In this document: one piece after another, positions 28,263 through 36,816 of the stretch
How positions within the stretch are numbered: position 1 is the first letter of the stretch
How the letters are laid out: each line of letters opens with the position of its first letter
From: Candidatus Bathyarchaeia archaeon
Lineage (GTDB): Archaea > Thermoproteota > Bathyarchaeia > 40CM-2-53-6
Reading direction: 5' to 3'
Assembly: GCA_050013255.1 (NCBI GenBank)
Contig: JBEKFP010000002.1
Coordinates: forward strand, 576,001 to 640,000
DNA: 64,000 nt
Made by a program: the position numbers and the translations under genes
Notes under the pieces: generated by a model
Told to the model about the DNA's origin: nothing
Seen by the model: only the letters and a program-made list of their open reading frames with translations
The model's database searches: none

Positions 28263-28427
28263 CTACATGTACTTCTTGAACCCTAGGCTTGGGGCTAGTT
28301 CACGGAAGCATTGGCGGCATAGGTAGATGTCGTACTTGCGAATTACGGGGCCGTACTGGCCGCATCTTCTACAGGGCCTGCTACCCTTGCCGTATTTTCT
28401 GACTTTCTTCGGTTTCAGTTTAGCCAA
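28263..28427 (-). CDS. rps14: 30S ribosomal protein uS14 (54 aa; below the ORF-track cutoff)
   Basis: Manual translation [54 protein letters not shown]. Confidence 0.95.
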   Translation of the reverse strand: MAKLKPKKVRKYGKGSRPCRRCGQYGPVIRKYDIYLCRQCFRELAPSLGFKKYM

Positions 28428-28433
28428 GTGTGC

Positions 28434-28973
28434 CTAGGCCTCCCGAATCTGAACAGCGAATTTTGCCGTCATGAAGTTAATAGCGTCATCTTTGGAAACT
28501 CGGTGCCATTTTCCGACAGGTGCCGGCCTTATTCTTTTTCTCTTGATTCTGAAACCAGGCCGTTCGAGTGTTCCTATAACGTCCATTCCGAATATGCCTA
28601 GTTCAGGAACATATTTGGTTCCAGGAATTTCAATGTGCTCTTTGATTCCGAAGGCGAAGTTACCATGTTCATCGAAACTCGACCTCTTCAAAGTATTTGA
28701 CACTGCATCGAGGCCTCGTTTTAGAAAGGTTACAGCCTTTTCTCCTCTGAGCGTTGTCATGCAAGCGATGGGTTCGCCTTCGCGGATTCCGAATTCTTTT
28801 ATAGTCATCTTGGCTTGTCTGGTGCAAGGCTTTTGTGCTGTGATTTCTTGAAGAACCTTCCTTGCTTTCTCAAGCATTTCGCCTGACTTACCAACGCCTA
28901 TGTGCACTACGACCTTCGCTAGTCTGACTTCCCGCATGGGGTTTTTGGGTAGTGTTTCGGTAACTGTTTGCAT
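28434..28973 (-). CDS. rpl5: 50S ribosomal protein uL5
   Basis: NPMREVRLAKVVVHIGVG, FDEHGNFAFGIKEH. Confidence 0.96.
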   Translation of the reverse strand: MQTVTETLPKNPMREVRLAKVVVHIGVGKSGEMLEKARKVLQEITAQKPCTRQAKMTIKEFGIREGEPIACMTTLRGEKAVTFLKRGLDAVSNTLKRSSFDEHGNFAFGIKEHIEIPGTKYVPELGIFGMDVIGTLERPGFRIKRKRIRPAPVGKWHRVSKDDAINFMTAKFAVQIREA

Positions 28974-28976
28974 TGT

Positions 28977-29717
28977 CTAGGCCTCCAGTTTTATCGCGGG
29001 TTTATCGGTGCCCACAACAAACGTGTAGTCTACCATCGTCTCAAACTTGTTGCCCGTGCTGTCTTCTAGGGTTACCATTGCCGGCCTCGTGGCGGTTCCG
29101 GCTTGTAGTTCCAAGATCTTTCCGCTTTTGCCTAGGTTTCTGCCTGCGATGACGATTGCGAAATTGCCTTTCTCAAATTTGATTTGGTTTAGGACGCGTT
29201 GGGTTGGAATGCTGACCTTCAATGTGTCATTCGTTGAGTAAGCGGCCGTTTGGCTTTCTGTTGGCGGGACGGCGAGGGTACGGCCATCGTGTGTTCCGTA
29301 ATGGACGCGGCCACCTGGTGCTACTCCCTTCCGGAGGACTTTGCAGAGTTTGAATTTTGTTTCCTCTTTCGGTATCTTGACGAGTGAGAGGCCTTTCCCC
29401 GCGATGGGAAGGACTCTAAAAGCAGTATTGGCGTCGGTGAATTCTATCACATCCATCAAGCCGGTCGGGTGATTCCTAGCGCGCCTGGGTCGCCCGTCCA
29501 CTCTCACCTTTCCGCCAGCCAAGATGCTGCCAACTTCCCTTCTGTTCCTACCTAGGGATAGTTCGTCTCGGATTACTATTTCTAAGGGCAGACAAATTGC
29601 AGAAGCGTGGGCTCCTGGGTCTGGTTTCGGGACCCATGTTGACTCCTTTCGGTGGACTGGCCAGAAGCTAGGGGAGGCTAGCCGTTTGAGGTGCTTAAGT
29701 CCACCCTTGTTTCCCAT
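28977..29717 (-). CDS. rps4e: 30S ribosomal protein eS4
   Basis: KHLKRLASP, GLMDVI, THDGRT. Confidence 0.95.
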   Translation of the reverse strand: MGNKGGLKHLKRLASPSFWPVHRKESTWVPKPDPGAHASAICLPLEIVIRDELSLGRNRREVGSILAGGKVRVDGRPRRARNHPTGLMDVIEFTDANTAFRVLPIAGKGLSLVKIPKEETKFKLCKVLRKGVAPGGRVHYGTHDGRTLAVPPTESQTAAYSTNDTLKVSIPTQRVLNQIKFEKGNFAIVIAGRNLGKSGKILELQAGTATRPAMVTLEDSTGNKFETMVDYTFVVGTDKPAIKLEA

Positions 29718-29719
29718 TC

Positions 29720-30124
29720 TTAGGCCCCTGCCTCTACGTTGGTAGTGGTCTTTGGCCGAGATACTTTGATGGACTCCGCTCGCCATTTGTCATCGAGGTT
29801 CAGCTTTGTGATCCGAACCTTCGAACAGTTAACAGAAACGTTCGCGGATGTTCCTGCGGTCTTTTCTCTTTGAACGCCTTCAACGAATAATCGTTGCCTG
29901 CGTGTGTCTATGTCAGTTATTTTTCCTTCAATTCCGGCAAAGTCGCCCCTTACGATCTTCACGGTGTCACCCTTCCTAACTGGGTAAGAGCGTCTTTCTT
30001 GAGTTGTCCGTAACTCACGGGAAAGAGGTGCAGTCAAGAACCTTCTAAGGCGATGTGCGGGTGCCTCGTAAATCATTTTTCGCTGTTTCGAGGGCTTCTT
30101 CGTTACGAGGCGCATTAATTTCAT
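29720..30124 (-). CDS. rpl24: 50S ribosomal protein uL24
   Basis: PSKQRK, PVRKGDTVKIVRG. Confidence 0.95.
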   Translation of the reverse strand: MKLMRLVTKKPSKQRKMIYEAPAHRLRRFLTAPLSRELRTTQERRSYPVRKGDTVKIVRGDFAGIEGKITDIDTRRQRLFVEGVQREKTAGTSANVSVNCSKVRITKLNLDDKWRAESIKVSRPKTTTNVEAGA

Positions 30125-30126
30125 CT

Positions 30127-30564
30127 TCAGATAATGATGCTCGCTAGGTTGGCTACTCTTGGCCAACGTTCGGCCGCTTCTCTTGCCACAGGCCCGCGAA
30201 TTTCCGTCCCTTTCAATTCGCCTTCGGGGGTCATGATGACGGCAGCGTTGTCGTGGAAGGAAAGTCTCGTTCCGTCTGGGCGTCTGAAAAGCCTGACCTG
30301 CCGAACGACTACGGCTGGAAACATCTGCCGTCTAAGGTCAGGGGTTCCTTTAGAAACGGAAACCATTACCATGTCGCCTACACAGGCTGATGGGACGCGT
30401 CTCAGGCGGCTGTGATAACCGAAAACCTGTATGATTTTGAGTTCTTTCGCCCCCGTGTTGTCAGCGCAGCTGACCCTGCAACCGTTAGGCAATCCTCGTG
30501 CAATTTTCGGCCGGTATTCTACCATGCCCTTCGCACTGACCGCACGAGTTTTAGGGGCTGGCAT
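30127..30564 (-). CDS. rpl14: 50S ribosomal protein uL14
   Basis: [27 protein letters not shown]. Confidence 0.97.
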   Translation of the reverse strand: MPAPKTRAVSAKGMVEYRPKIARGLPNGCRVSCADNTGAKELKIIQVFGYHSRLRRVPSACVGDMVMVSVSKGTPDLRRQMFPAVVVRQVRLFRRPDGTRLSFHDNAAVIMTPEGELKGTEIRGPVAREAAERWPRVANLASIII

Positions 30565-30639
30565 TTTGCTTTCACGTAAGGCGCTGCAGAATGCGCCTGA
30601 AACAAATTAAGGTTATGTTGAGAAGAAGGGAACGCTACT

Positions 30640-30969
30640 TCATCTTAGCCCGGTCAGTTTCTCGACGACTACGAAGGCGACTTCCTTGCTAATTGGTCGG
30701 CATTCTGCGATCTTAACCCGGTCTCCTTCATGAACTTCTAAACAGGGAGGGCTATGCGCCATGATGCGGCTTCTGCGTTTCTCATAACGAGTGTATTTGC
30801 GGACGTAATTCAAGTAATCCCTCTCGACGGTTACTGTCTTCGTCATCTTAGTGCTCACGACTTTCCCATCCAAGAACTTCCGTCTAACGGACAATTGACC
30901 GTGGAAGGGGCAGTTACGGTCGTCGCAGGACTTCTTGGGGGCTTTTGCACCAATTCCTATGTCAGACAT
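30640..30969 (-). CDS. rps17: 30S ribosomal protein uS17
   Basis: [17 protein letters not shown]. Confidence 0.96.
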   Translation of the reverse strand: MSDIGIGAKAPKKSCDDRNCPFHGQLSVRRKFLDGKVVSTKMTKTVTVERDYLNYVRKYTRYEKRRSRIMAHSPPCLEVHEGDRVKIAECRPISKEVAFVVVEKLTGLR

Positions 30970-31253
30970 TACCAGCGCCTCACTTTAGTCTTCAACCTAT
31001 TCTCTGGTTTCGCTACTAACCGTTCGCCGTCCACGTCCACGCGGACGCCGCCTGGCAGGTCGAACCTGAACGTAGCAACATTCTTCGGAATCATGACTCT
31101 TCTTCTCTTAGCGTTTATCATTAGCATGTTCTTTGTTTCATCGACGACGACGCCGCGAATTCCCTCAATCATCGGGTTGTTTGCGTGCATGACCTTCACA
31201 GTCAGACCGATTAATTCGTGGCGAAGAATGTTCTGTGGTGTAATCTCGCTCAT
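30969..31253 (-). CDS. rnp1: Ribonuclease P protein subunit Rpp29/Pop4
   Basis: [21 protein letters not shown]; conserved position. Confidence 0.92.
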   Translation of the reverse strand: MSEITPQNILRHELIGLTVKVMHANNPMIEGIRGVVVDETKNMLMINAKRRRVMIPKNVATFRFDLPGGVRVDVDGERLVAKPENRLKTKVRRW

Positions 31254-31468
31254 GCCTTAGGCGTCTCCGGTAGGACTTTTTCATGTGATATGGTGAGGAT
31301 GCGTGCGACGGTTCGTTTCAGTTCGCGAATTCTCCCCGCATTCTCGACGGTTCCTCCAGATTTCACGTTGGTGCGTAGTTTCGTGAGTTCCGTCCGCAGC
31401 TCCGCTAACTTCTTGTTTCGTTCTTCTGGAAGTAACTGCCTGATCTCACGCTTTCTTAGTATCGGCAA
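31250..31468 (-). CDS. rpl29: 50S ribosomal protein uL29
   Basis: EIRQL..LAELRTEL, IRELKRTVARILT. Confidence 0.92.
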   Translation of the reverse strand: MPILRKREIRQLLPEERNKKLAELRTELTKLRTNVKSGGTVENAGRIRELKRTVARILTISHEKVLPETPKA

Positions 31469-32141
31469 CCTCAGCCACCTCTTGAACTGTTCCCGCTTCT
31501 GCTGCAACTTCCTGTATTACAGGTTTGGGTAACGGTGGGGCTTCACCCCTCTCTTTGATAACTGGCCTGTCAGGAAGAACAACGTTCGGGGGCATGAGCC
31601 TGACGCTTATCCCAAAGAGCCCTTGCTTTAGTTGGGTATCAACAACTGCAGTTCGCAGTATCTTGGTGATTGCCTCCCCAACTGCGGGCAAGTATCCAGC
31701 TCGGTATTTCTCGTAGCGTGCTCTATCGGTTGTCAGTTTACCCCGAATCGCTATCTCTACTCCGAGTGCCCCAGCTTCGACTGTTCGTTGAAGTGCCCAG
31801 TAGGCTGCACGCCTGAAATGGATACCCCGTTGGAGTGCCATAGCAATCTGGGACGCTACCACCTTAGGGTCGAGTTCGGGCGCGTCTATCGTCGCAACTG
31901 AGACCTGTGGGTTTTCTATCCCAAAACGTTGCTCTAGGATCTGTGTTAGGTCTCGTATGCTTTGGCCGCGCCTGCCTATGACAAGGCCTGGTTTCGCCGC
32001 GTAAACGACAAGCCTTGTGCCGAGCGGGGTTTTGGTCATTTCAAGCCTGCTGTACCCAGCCCTTTTCAATTCCTGCGATAGGTACTCGTCAATCTCGGCC
32101 CTGCGGGCGTTTTCCTTCACGAAGTACTTGTGAATGGGCAA
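31446..32141 (-). CDS. rps3: 30S ribosomal protein uS3
   Basis: KPGLVIGRRG KH motif, GVEIAIRGKL. Confidence 0.96.
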   Translation of the reverse strand: MPIHKYFVKENARRAEIDEYLSQELKRAGYSRLEMTKTPLGTRLVVYAAKPGLVIGRRGQSIRDLTQILEQRFGIENPQVSVATIDAPELDPKVVASQIAMALQRGIHFRRAAYWALQRTVEAGALGVEIAIRGKLTTDRARYEKYRAGYLPAVGEAITKILRTAVVDTQLKQGLFGISVRLMPPNVVLPDRPVIKERGEAPPLPKPVIQEVAAEAGTVQEVAEVADTKKA

Positions 32142-32142
32142 T

Positions 32143-32610
32143 TCACTCGGCTACCTCGTAACCCATTAGTTCCACGTGGACGAGGGTGTTCAAGTAGGGT
32201 GTGGCCCTGCCCATGGCCCTCGTGATATAACGCTGAGTCTTCATGCCTCTCTGAGAGGCCGCGTGAACGATTCTTAGGCGGTCCACGTCGAGCCCCTTGT
32301 ATTCTGCGTTCGCCTCTAGTTCTTCTAAGAGAAATAGGAATGTCTTGGCGGCCTTGACCGGGTAGCGGCCCGCATACCAGCCTTCGTCGAGGCTTCTGTG
32401 GGGAACTTCCTTATGGTACCGCCTGTAAGCAATTGCGCGTTTCTTCTTCGTTACTGCCTCAAGTAGCTCCTTCGCCGAATCCAACCTCATCCCGCGAAGT
32501 TTCCGGCAGATTTCAACTGCCGCCTTTGGGGAAATCTTCAACTCTCTCCCAGCGCACCTGACGGCTCGGTCCGGGTCGAATTCCTTGACCGAGTATCCCC
32601 AATTTGGCAT
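32143..32610 (-). CDS. rpl22: 50S ribosomal protein uL22
   Basis: ISPKAAVEIC, GRYPVKAA, RAMGRA. Confidence 0.95.
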   Translation of the reverse strand: MPNWGYSVKEFDPDRAVRCAGRELKISPKAAVEICRKLRGMRLDSAKELLEAVTKKKRAIAYRRYHKEVPHRSLDEGWYAGRYPVKAAKTFLFLLEELEANAEYKGLDVDRLRIVHAASQRGMKTQRYITRAMGRATPYLNTLVHVELMGYEVAE

Positions 32611-32743
32611 TGATTTTGCACCGTGCGCCCCCGCATGTGCACAGTAACCCTAAAAAACGTTGTTTACTACTCAGCCGCCTCCGAAACTTGTTCGTCTGGT
32701 AAGTTCTATCTATCTCGCGTCGTCTTCTTGACTGTGAGTTGAC

Positions 32744-33190
32744 ATGGAACCGAACGACATCGATTCAACAATCGAAAGCGCGATTCACGGGACCACACTG
32801 AGAGTCTACTGGTACCTATTCAGGAACCCGAAACCCGTAGGAGTGCGCGAAACCCAGAGGGCGCTCTCAATGTCGAGCCCAAGCACGGCCCTGTACCACT
32901 TGGAGAAATTGCGGGAGCTCGGAGTAACTGAGAAGGACGCTATGGGACAATATTCCCTGAAAGAGCAGGTGCAGGTGGGAACGCTCAAAATGTTCCTCAA
33001 GGTCGGCCACCTCATCCTACCTCGGTATCTCTTCTACGCAATCTTCCTCTCAACTGCTCTCGCTGCTTACGCATTTGGAACGATTTTGCAGAATGGCGCG
33101 GTTGAGCCCGCAGGCGTGGTTTTCGGCGTCGCGGGAGCCGGAATTTCATGGTATGAATGCGCCAGAATGTGGAAGGAACGAGTTCTGTAA
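32744..33190 (+). CDS. Winged-HTH regulator with two C-terminal TM helices
   Basis: GVRETQRALSMSSPSTALYHLEKL HTH followed by hydrophobic segments. Confidence 0.75.
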   Translation: MEPNDIDSTIESAIHGTTLRVYWYLFRNPKPVGVRETQRALSMSSPSTALYHLEKLRELGVTEKDAMGQYSLKEQVQVGTLKMFLKVGHLILPRYLFYAIFLSTALAAYAFGTILQNGAVEPAGVVFGVAGAGISWYECARMWKERVL

Positions 33191-33246
33191 ATGAAACATG
33201 GCCTGTTCGAAAATGTAGACTTAACCAAATCTAGAATACAAAGGGG

Positions 33247-33504
33247 ATGGATGAAATGATACCCAGAGTTTGGCTGGCGGCTTTTCTTGGTGTTCTTCTA
33301 GGGGTGGGTATGGCATTCGCGACTTCTGTGCCAGTCGCCCCCGCTGCCAACAGGAACCTGCCTGCGCAAACGTTTGAGGTTACACGCCAGACTGGTGCAA
33401 CAGCTCAGCCCATTCAGTCGAGTTCTCAATTGGTTTTGCTTTCATTAGTAGCAGGAATCATCGTGGCTACGCCTGCTTTCCTAATCGCCAAAAGGCGCAA
33501 CTGA
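33247..33504 (+). CDS. Small 2-TM membrane protein
   Basis: Hydrophobic N- and C-termini, basic KRR tail. Confidence 0.6.
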   Translation: MDEMIPRVWLAAFLGVLLGVGMAFATSVPVAPAANRNLPAQTFEVTRQTGATAQPIQSSSQLVLLSLVAGIIVATPAFLIAKRRN

Positions 33505-33519
33505 AAATCTGCGCTGGCA

Positions 33520-33921
33520 CTACTTGAGTGGCACGTACATAGATGAACGGGAGGCTCCGATGCCTGGTGTCCCGTGTACGACTTTTTTGTTGGTTATGAT
33601 GAATTCGCCGATATAGTGGCCGATCATTTCTGGTTTGATATCGGTTGATACGAATTCTTTGCCACTGTGGACTAGGAGTGTTAGGCCGACCATCTCTGGT
33701 ATGATGACCATGTCCCTGCAATGCGTCTTGATTGGCTTAGCTTCCTTCCCTTTGCCTCTGCTGTAGTTGCGGATTAGTTCCATCAAAATTCTTTGGTCCG
33801 CTGTTAAGCCCCTTGTCAGTGACCGCCTTTGCCTCGAGGGCAGTATCCTGATGAATTCATCCATGGACATTTGCTGTAAATCGTTAATCGTGTGGCCTCT
33901 GTAGGAGAATTCACGGGGCAA
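33520..33921 (-). CDS. rps19: 30S ribosomal protein uS19
   Basis: KTHCRDMVIIPEMVG, EMIGHYIGEF, SSMYVPLK. Confidence 0.97.
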   Translation of the reverse strand: MPREFSYRGHTINDLQQMSMDEFIRILPSRQRRSLTRGLTADQRILMELIRNYSRGKGKEAKPIKTHCRDMVIIPEMVGLTLLVHSGKEFVSTDIKPEMIGHYIGEFIITNKKVVHGTPGIGASRSSMYVPLK

Positions 33922-34002
33922 ACTTTAGCACTCAACTGTTTCGTTCGGTAATGTTCTACTTAATGTTGCCGTTTGCAGGAAGAAGAATACCGCCGAATGC
34001 TC

Positions 34003-34278
34003 TCATAGTATTCCGAGGCGAACTGCGAGGTCGGAGGCCTTAAAGTCCAGTGTTAGCTTCACGAACGCCTTCTTCTCCCCTTCAGGTGTGATCAGGGTTC
34101 TGACATCCTGGACTCGTACTTCGTACAGCTCTTGAATGGCCCTCTTGATGTCGTGTTTATCGGATTTGATGTCAACGATGAAGGTGATCTTGTTTTCTGC
34201 TTCCAACAGAGTGACCGCATCCTCTGACAGTAGAGGGTATTTGACAACTTCATTGGTAGCGAGCTTGGCCATCTTCAA
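34003..34278 (-). CDS. rpl23: 50S ribosomal protein uL23
   Basis: ENKITFIVD, GEKKAFVKL. Confidence 0.95.
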   Translation of the reverse strand: MKMAKLATNEVVKYPLLSEDAVTLLEAENKITFIVDIKSDKHDIKRAIQELYEVRVQDVRTLITPEGEKKAFVKLTLDFKASDLAVRLGIL

Positions 34279-35063
34279 CTTCCTCCAAGCCGGCTATCAA
34301 GCCCTTTGAGCGCAGACTGAGTCCAAATCGTCAGCCGGCCTGCATGCGTGCCTGGCGCTAGGTCGCTAACGTTTAGGCTTAGAACATCAACAACTTTAAC
34401 GCCGGTAAAATTCCTGAAAGCTTTCTCGGCCCCTTGCCTCTTTGCAACCACAAGTAATGCGCTTACGGGGTGCTTGAAGGGACGACCGCGCATACTACCT
34501 TTGCCGCTGCGGGCCTTCCGTTTGGAGGCACGCTCAACGTCTTCCCACACCCCTAGGTTCTTGAGGATCTTCTCAGCGTCTGAACTCGTCGTTATCTTTT
34601 CTGTGTCGTCTGAAACAACGAGGGGTAAGTCGAAGTCTTCTGCGATTTTGTGTCCTCTTGCTTTTACAAGTTCTTTTGATGATGTTGCGGCCACCGCGGA
34701 ACGCATGGCGAGCTTAAGTTCCTTCTTGTTGATTTTCTTGGTACTCAGTTTCGCTGAGGTTGGCGGAAAAGTCAACCTGCCTTTCACGGTCCCAACCGAA
34801 AACCCCGCTTGGCCACCCCTCGGGTATCTTTCGCCTTTCACTCTGGGGACGCGGGACATACCATGGCCAACTCCCAAGGATTCCGCAGTCGTACGTTTTC
34901 CAGCCATTGGGTCACGGCCCTGAGGTTGAAAGCCACCGCTATGAAGGGCCACAACCGCTCGTCTAATCAGGTCGGTTCGAACGGGTGACTCAAAGAAGCC
35001 TGGGACTTCAACCTTGCCCACAGACTTTCCATCAGCGCCGTAAACACTCACCGTCTTTGCCAA
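34275..35063 (-). CDS. rpl4: 50S ribosomal protein uL4
   Basis: QPQGRDPMAG, SRVPR, LAPGTHAGRLTIWT. Confidence 0.96.
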   Translation of the reverse strand: MAKTVSVYGADGKSVGKVEVPGFFESPVRTDLIRRAVVALHSGGFQPQGRDPMAGKRTTAESLGVGHGMSRVPRVKGERYPRGGQAGFSVGTVKGRLTFPPTSAKLSTKKINKKELKLAMRSAVAATSSKELVKARGHKIAEDFDLPLVVSDDTEKITTSSDAEKILKNLGVWEDVERASKRKARSGKGSMRGRPFKHPVSALLVVAKRQGAEKAFRNFTGVKVVDVLSLNVSDLAPGTHAGRLTIWTQSALKGLDSRLGGS

Positions 35064-35070
35064 GTTCTCT

Positions 35071-35997
35071 TCACCCTAGCCTCATACAATTCAATAGCCC
35101 CAATGAAATGAGCACCGCTTCCTCGGTTCGAACAGTAGCCACGTTTTGGGCTGGAACGGTGTTGATGAGGAAACTGAAGACGCCTTCGGGACTCTTTCCC
35201 TCTTGGCTGAGAATCTCCGTGAGCCCCAACCGAGGTGATCCAAAAGCTACCAAAATCGACCCAACATTTTTCATTGAACTGCTGATCTTCGGCCAAATAT
35301 CTAGTACATTAGCTCCGTATCGAGACGTCCCGATTCTGAGATCGAATCTCTCCTTCTCAAGCAGTGCTGCTAACTTGAATTTCGATTGCTTAACCCGATA
35401 GCCCCAATATATGCTTATCTTGGTTGGATCGATGATTTCACCAACCAAATTTCTTTCCAAGTTTGTTAGCTGCACTGTAATTCTCGTTCCGACTTGAAGC
35501 GCTGCGCTACATTCCAGTGTCCGTTCTAGTCCGACATCAACATCCAAGCTCCCCCCGTGCCGAGCGACAACAACTCCTTCTCGAACATCTCCTTCCTTGC
35601 AGTCGCGAATGGATCGTGGGACATCGTGGGGGGGAATCTGCAGGGGTGGAAGAATTCCTGCATACTTGAGTGAGGGGCTAAGCCCGAAGAGCCTTTTCCG
35701 CAAGTATTGTGGCGTCTCGATGAAGCCCAATATCTGTTCACAAAGCTGCATGTCCTCTCCTCGTTCTTGTTGGGCACCGTCTGGGTAGAGAATTATCTCA
35801 TGGGTACCGAAAATTGCGCAGGCACGTGCAATTGTCCCCAATTTCGCTGTTTTCTCCCTCAAGTGTGGCGTATCAGTTACCAAAGATGCAGGAATTGCTA
35901 CGCACAGTTTGGTGTCGACGCTTCCAGAATACACTTTTTCTTCTCCGCTGAGGGATGGCACCGTGTGGAAGATGAATTTTATTGCGTTAAACAACAT
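35071..35997 (-). CDS. SPOUT-family RNA methyltransferase (DUF171); start uncertain
   Basis: ETPQYLRK, YAGILPPL, NVATVRTEEA; normally precedes rpl3. Confidence 0.88.
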   Translation of the reverse strand: MLFNAIKFIFHTVPSLSGEEKVYSGSVDTKLCVAIPASLVTDTPHLREKTAKLGTIARACAIFGTHEIILYPDGAQQERGEDMQLCEQILGFIETPQYLRKRLFGLSPSLKYAGILPPLQIPPHDVPRSIRDCKEGDVREGVVVARHGGSLDVDVGLERTLECSAALQVGTRITVQLTNLERNLVGEIIDPTKISIYWGYRVKQSKFKLAALLEKERFDLRIGTSRYGANVLDIWPKISSSMKNVGSILVAFGSPRLGLTEILSQEGKSPEGVFSFLINTVPAQNVATVRTEEAVLISLGLLNCMRLG

Positions 35998-36149
35998 TCT
36001 CTGAGAGTGATCGGCATGAACCTAGACGATATCTCGGCCATGAACAAAATTGGCCGCTCACGTATGCTCACAGTTATTGAAAGGACGCCCGGCGTGGATC
36101 CTTCTGAGTTAACGTTGATACCGAGATTTGGAGAAGCAATACACGGCAG

Positions 36150-36617
36150 CTAAAGATCTAGAATAAACCTGACAATTGCAGCATCATCACTGTGAACGAC
36201 TTCAATCTTATGAAGGGTCACGGCTTTCACTTCAACTTTAGCGCCATGCTTTCGCCTCTCGTAAGTTTCTCCGTAGACCTTTGCGATAGCTTGAATTCTG
36301 TTCGATAGCTCCCGGTCGAGTTTCACTTTGAACTTGGAAAAGACCTTGTGTTCGAGCTCAAACTTGAGTAACAAGGATTCCAGCCAGTTGTAGAGGAGGG
36401 TGACTTCATCGGGTGCGGTGACTTTCACGTTTTCAACGTGCTCGGTGGAAATGGATTTCAAATCGCACATGGTGTCAAAGAGTGCCATTCCGGCGAACTC
36501 AAGCGCCTCTTCTAGAGTTGAACCAGTCGCTTGAATGTATGCATCAGTCGTGTGGGGGAGAAGTGTGTAACCCGGGGCTGGCACTAGAAGACCTCTTCGA
36601 CGTTTCCGCGCCTGCAA
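36150..36617 (-). CDS. Archease
   Basis: HTTD, EVKAVTLH, C-terminal FILDL. Confidence 0.9.
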   Translation of the reverse strand: MQARKRRRGLLVPAPGYTLLPHTTDAYIQATGSTLEEALEFAGMALFDTMCDLKSISTEHVENVKVTAPDEVTLLYNWLESLLLKFELEHKVFSKFKVKLDRELSNRIQAIAKVYGETYERRKHGAKVEVKAVTLHKIEVVHSDDAAIVRFILDL

Positions 36618-36650
36618 GTTAAATAGGAATCGCCTTCAGGGATATCGCTA

Positions 36651-36775
36651 GCCGGGATGGCCGAGTGGATTAACAATGAGGACTTGGTCCAGAGGCGCAG
36701 GCCTTGAGTGAGAGATTCAACGCGAGCCTGTGGCCCTTACGGGCCTCGGGGGTTCGAATCCCTCTCCCGGCGCCA
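36651..36775 (+). tRNA. tRNA-Ser(TGA) with two introns: 21/22 (36673-36692) and 37/38 (36709-36724); CCA encoded
   Basis: GCCGGGA/TCCCGGC-G-CCA, CAGGC-CTTGAG..A-GCCTG, long variable arm; BHB GGAU/GUCC with UA^A and AG^A bulges. Confidence 0.9.
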
Positions 36776-36816
36776 ACCGACGCATTGATTTGGCAAGAGT
36801 GATGAGGAAGCTCGAA

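Noticed and set aside
36730-36816. N-terminal extension of the 511-aa ORF
   Set aside because: Overlaps the tRNA-Ser; the signal peptide begins at the ATG at 36817
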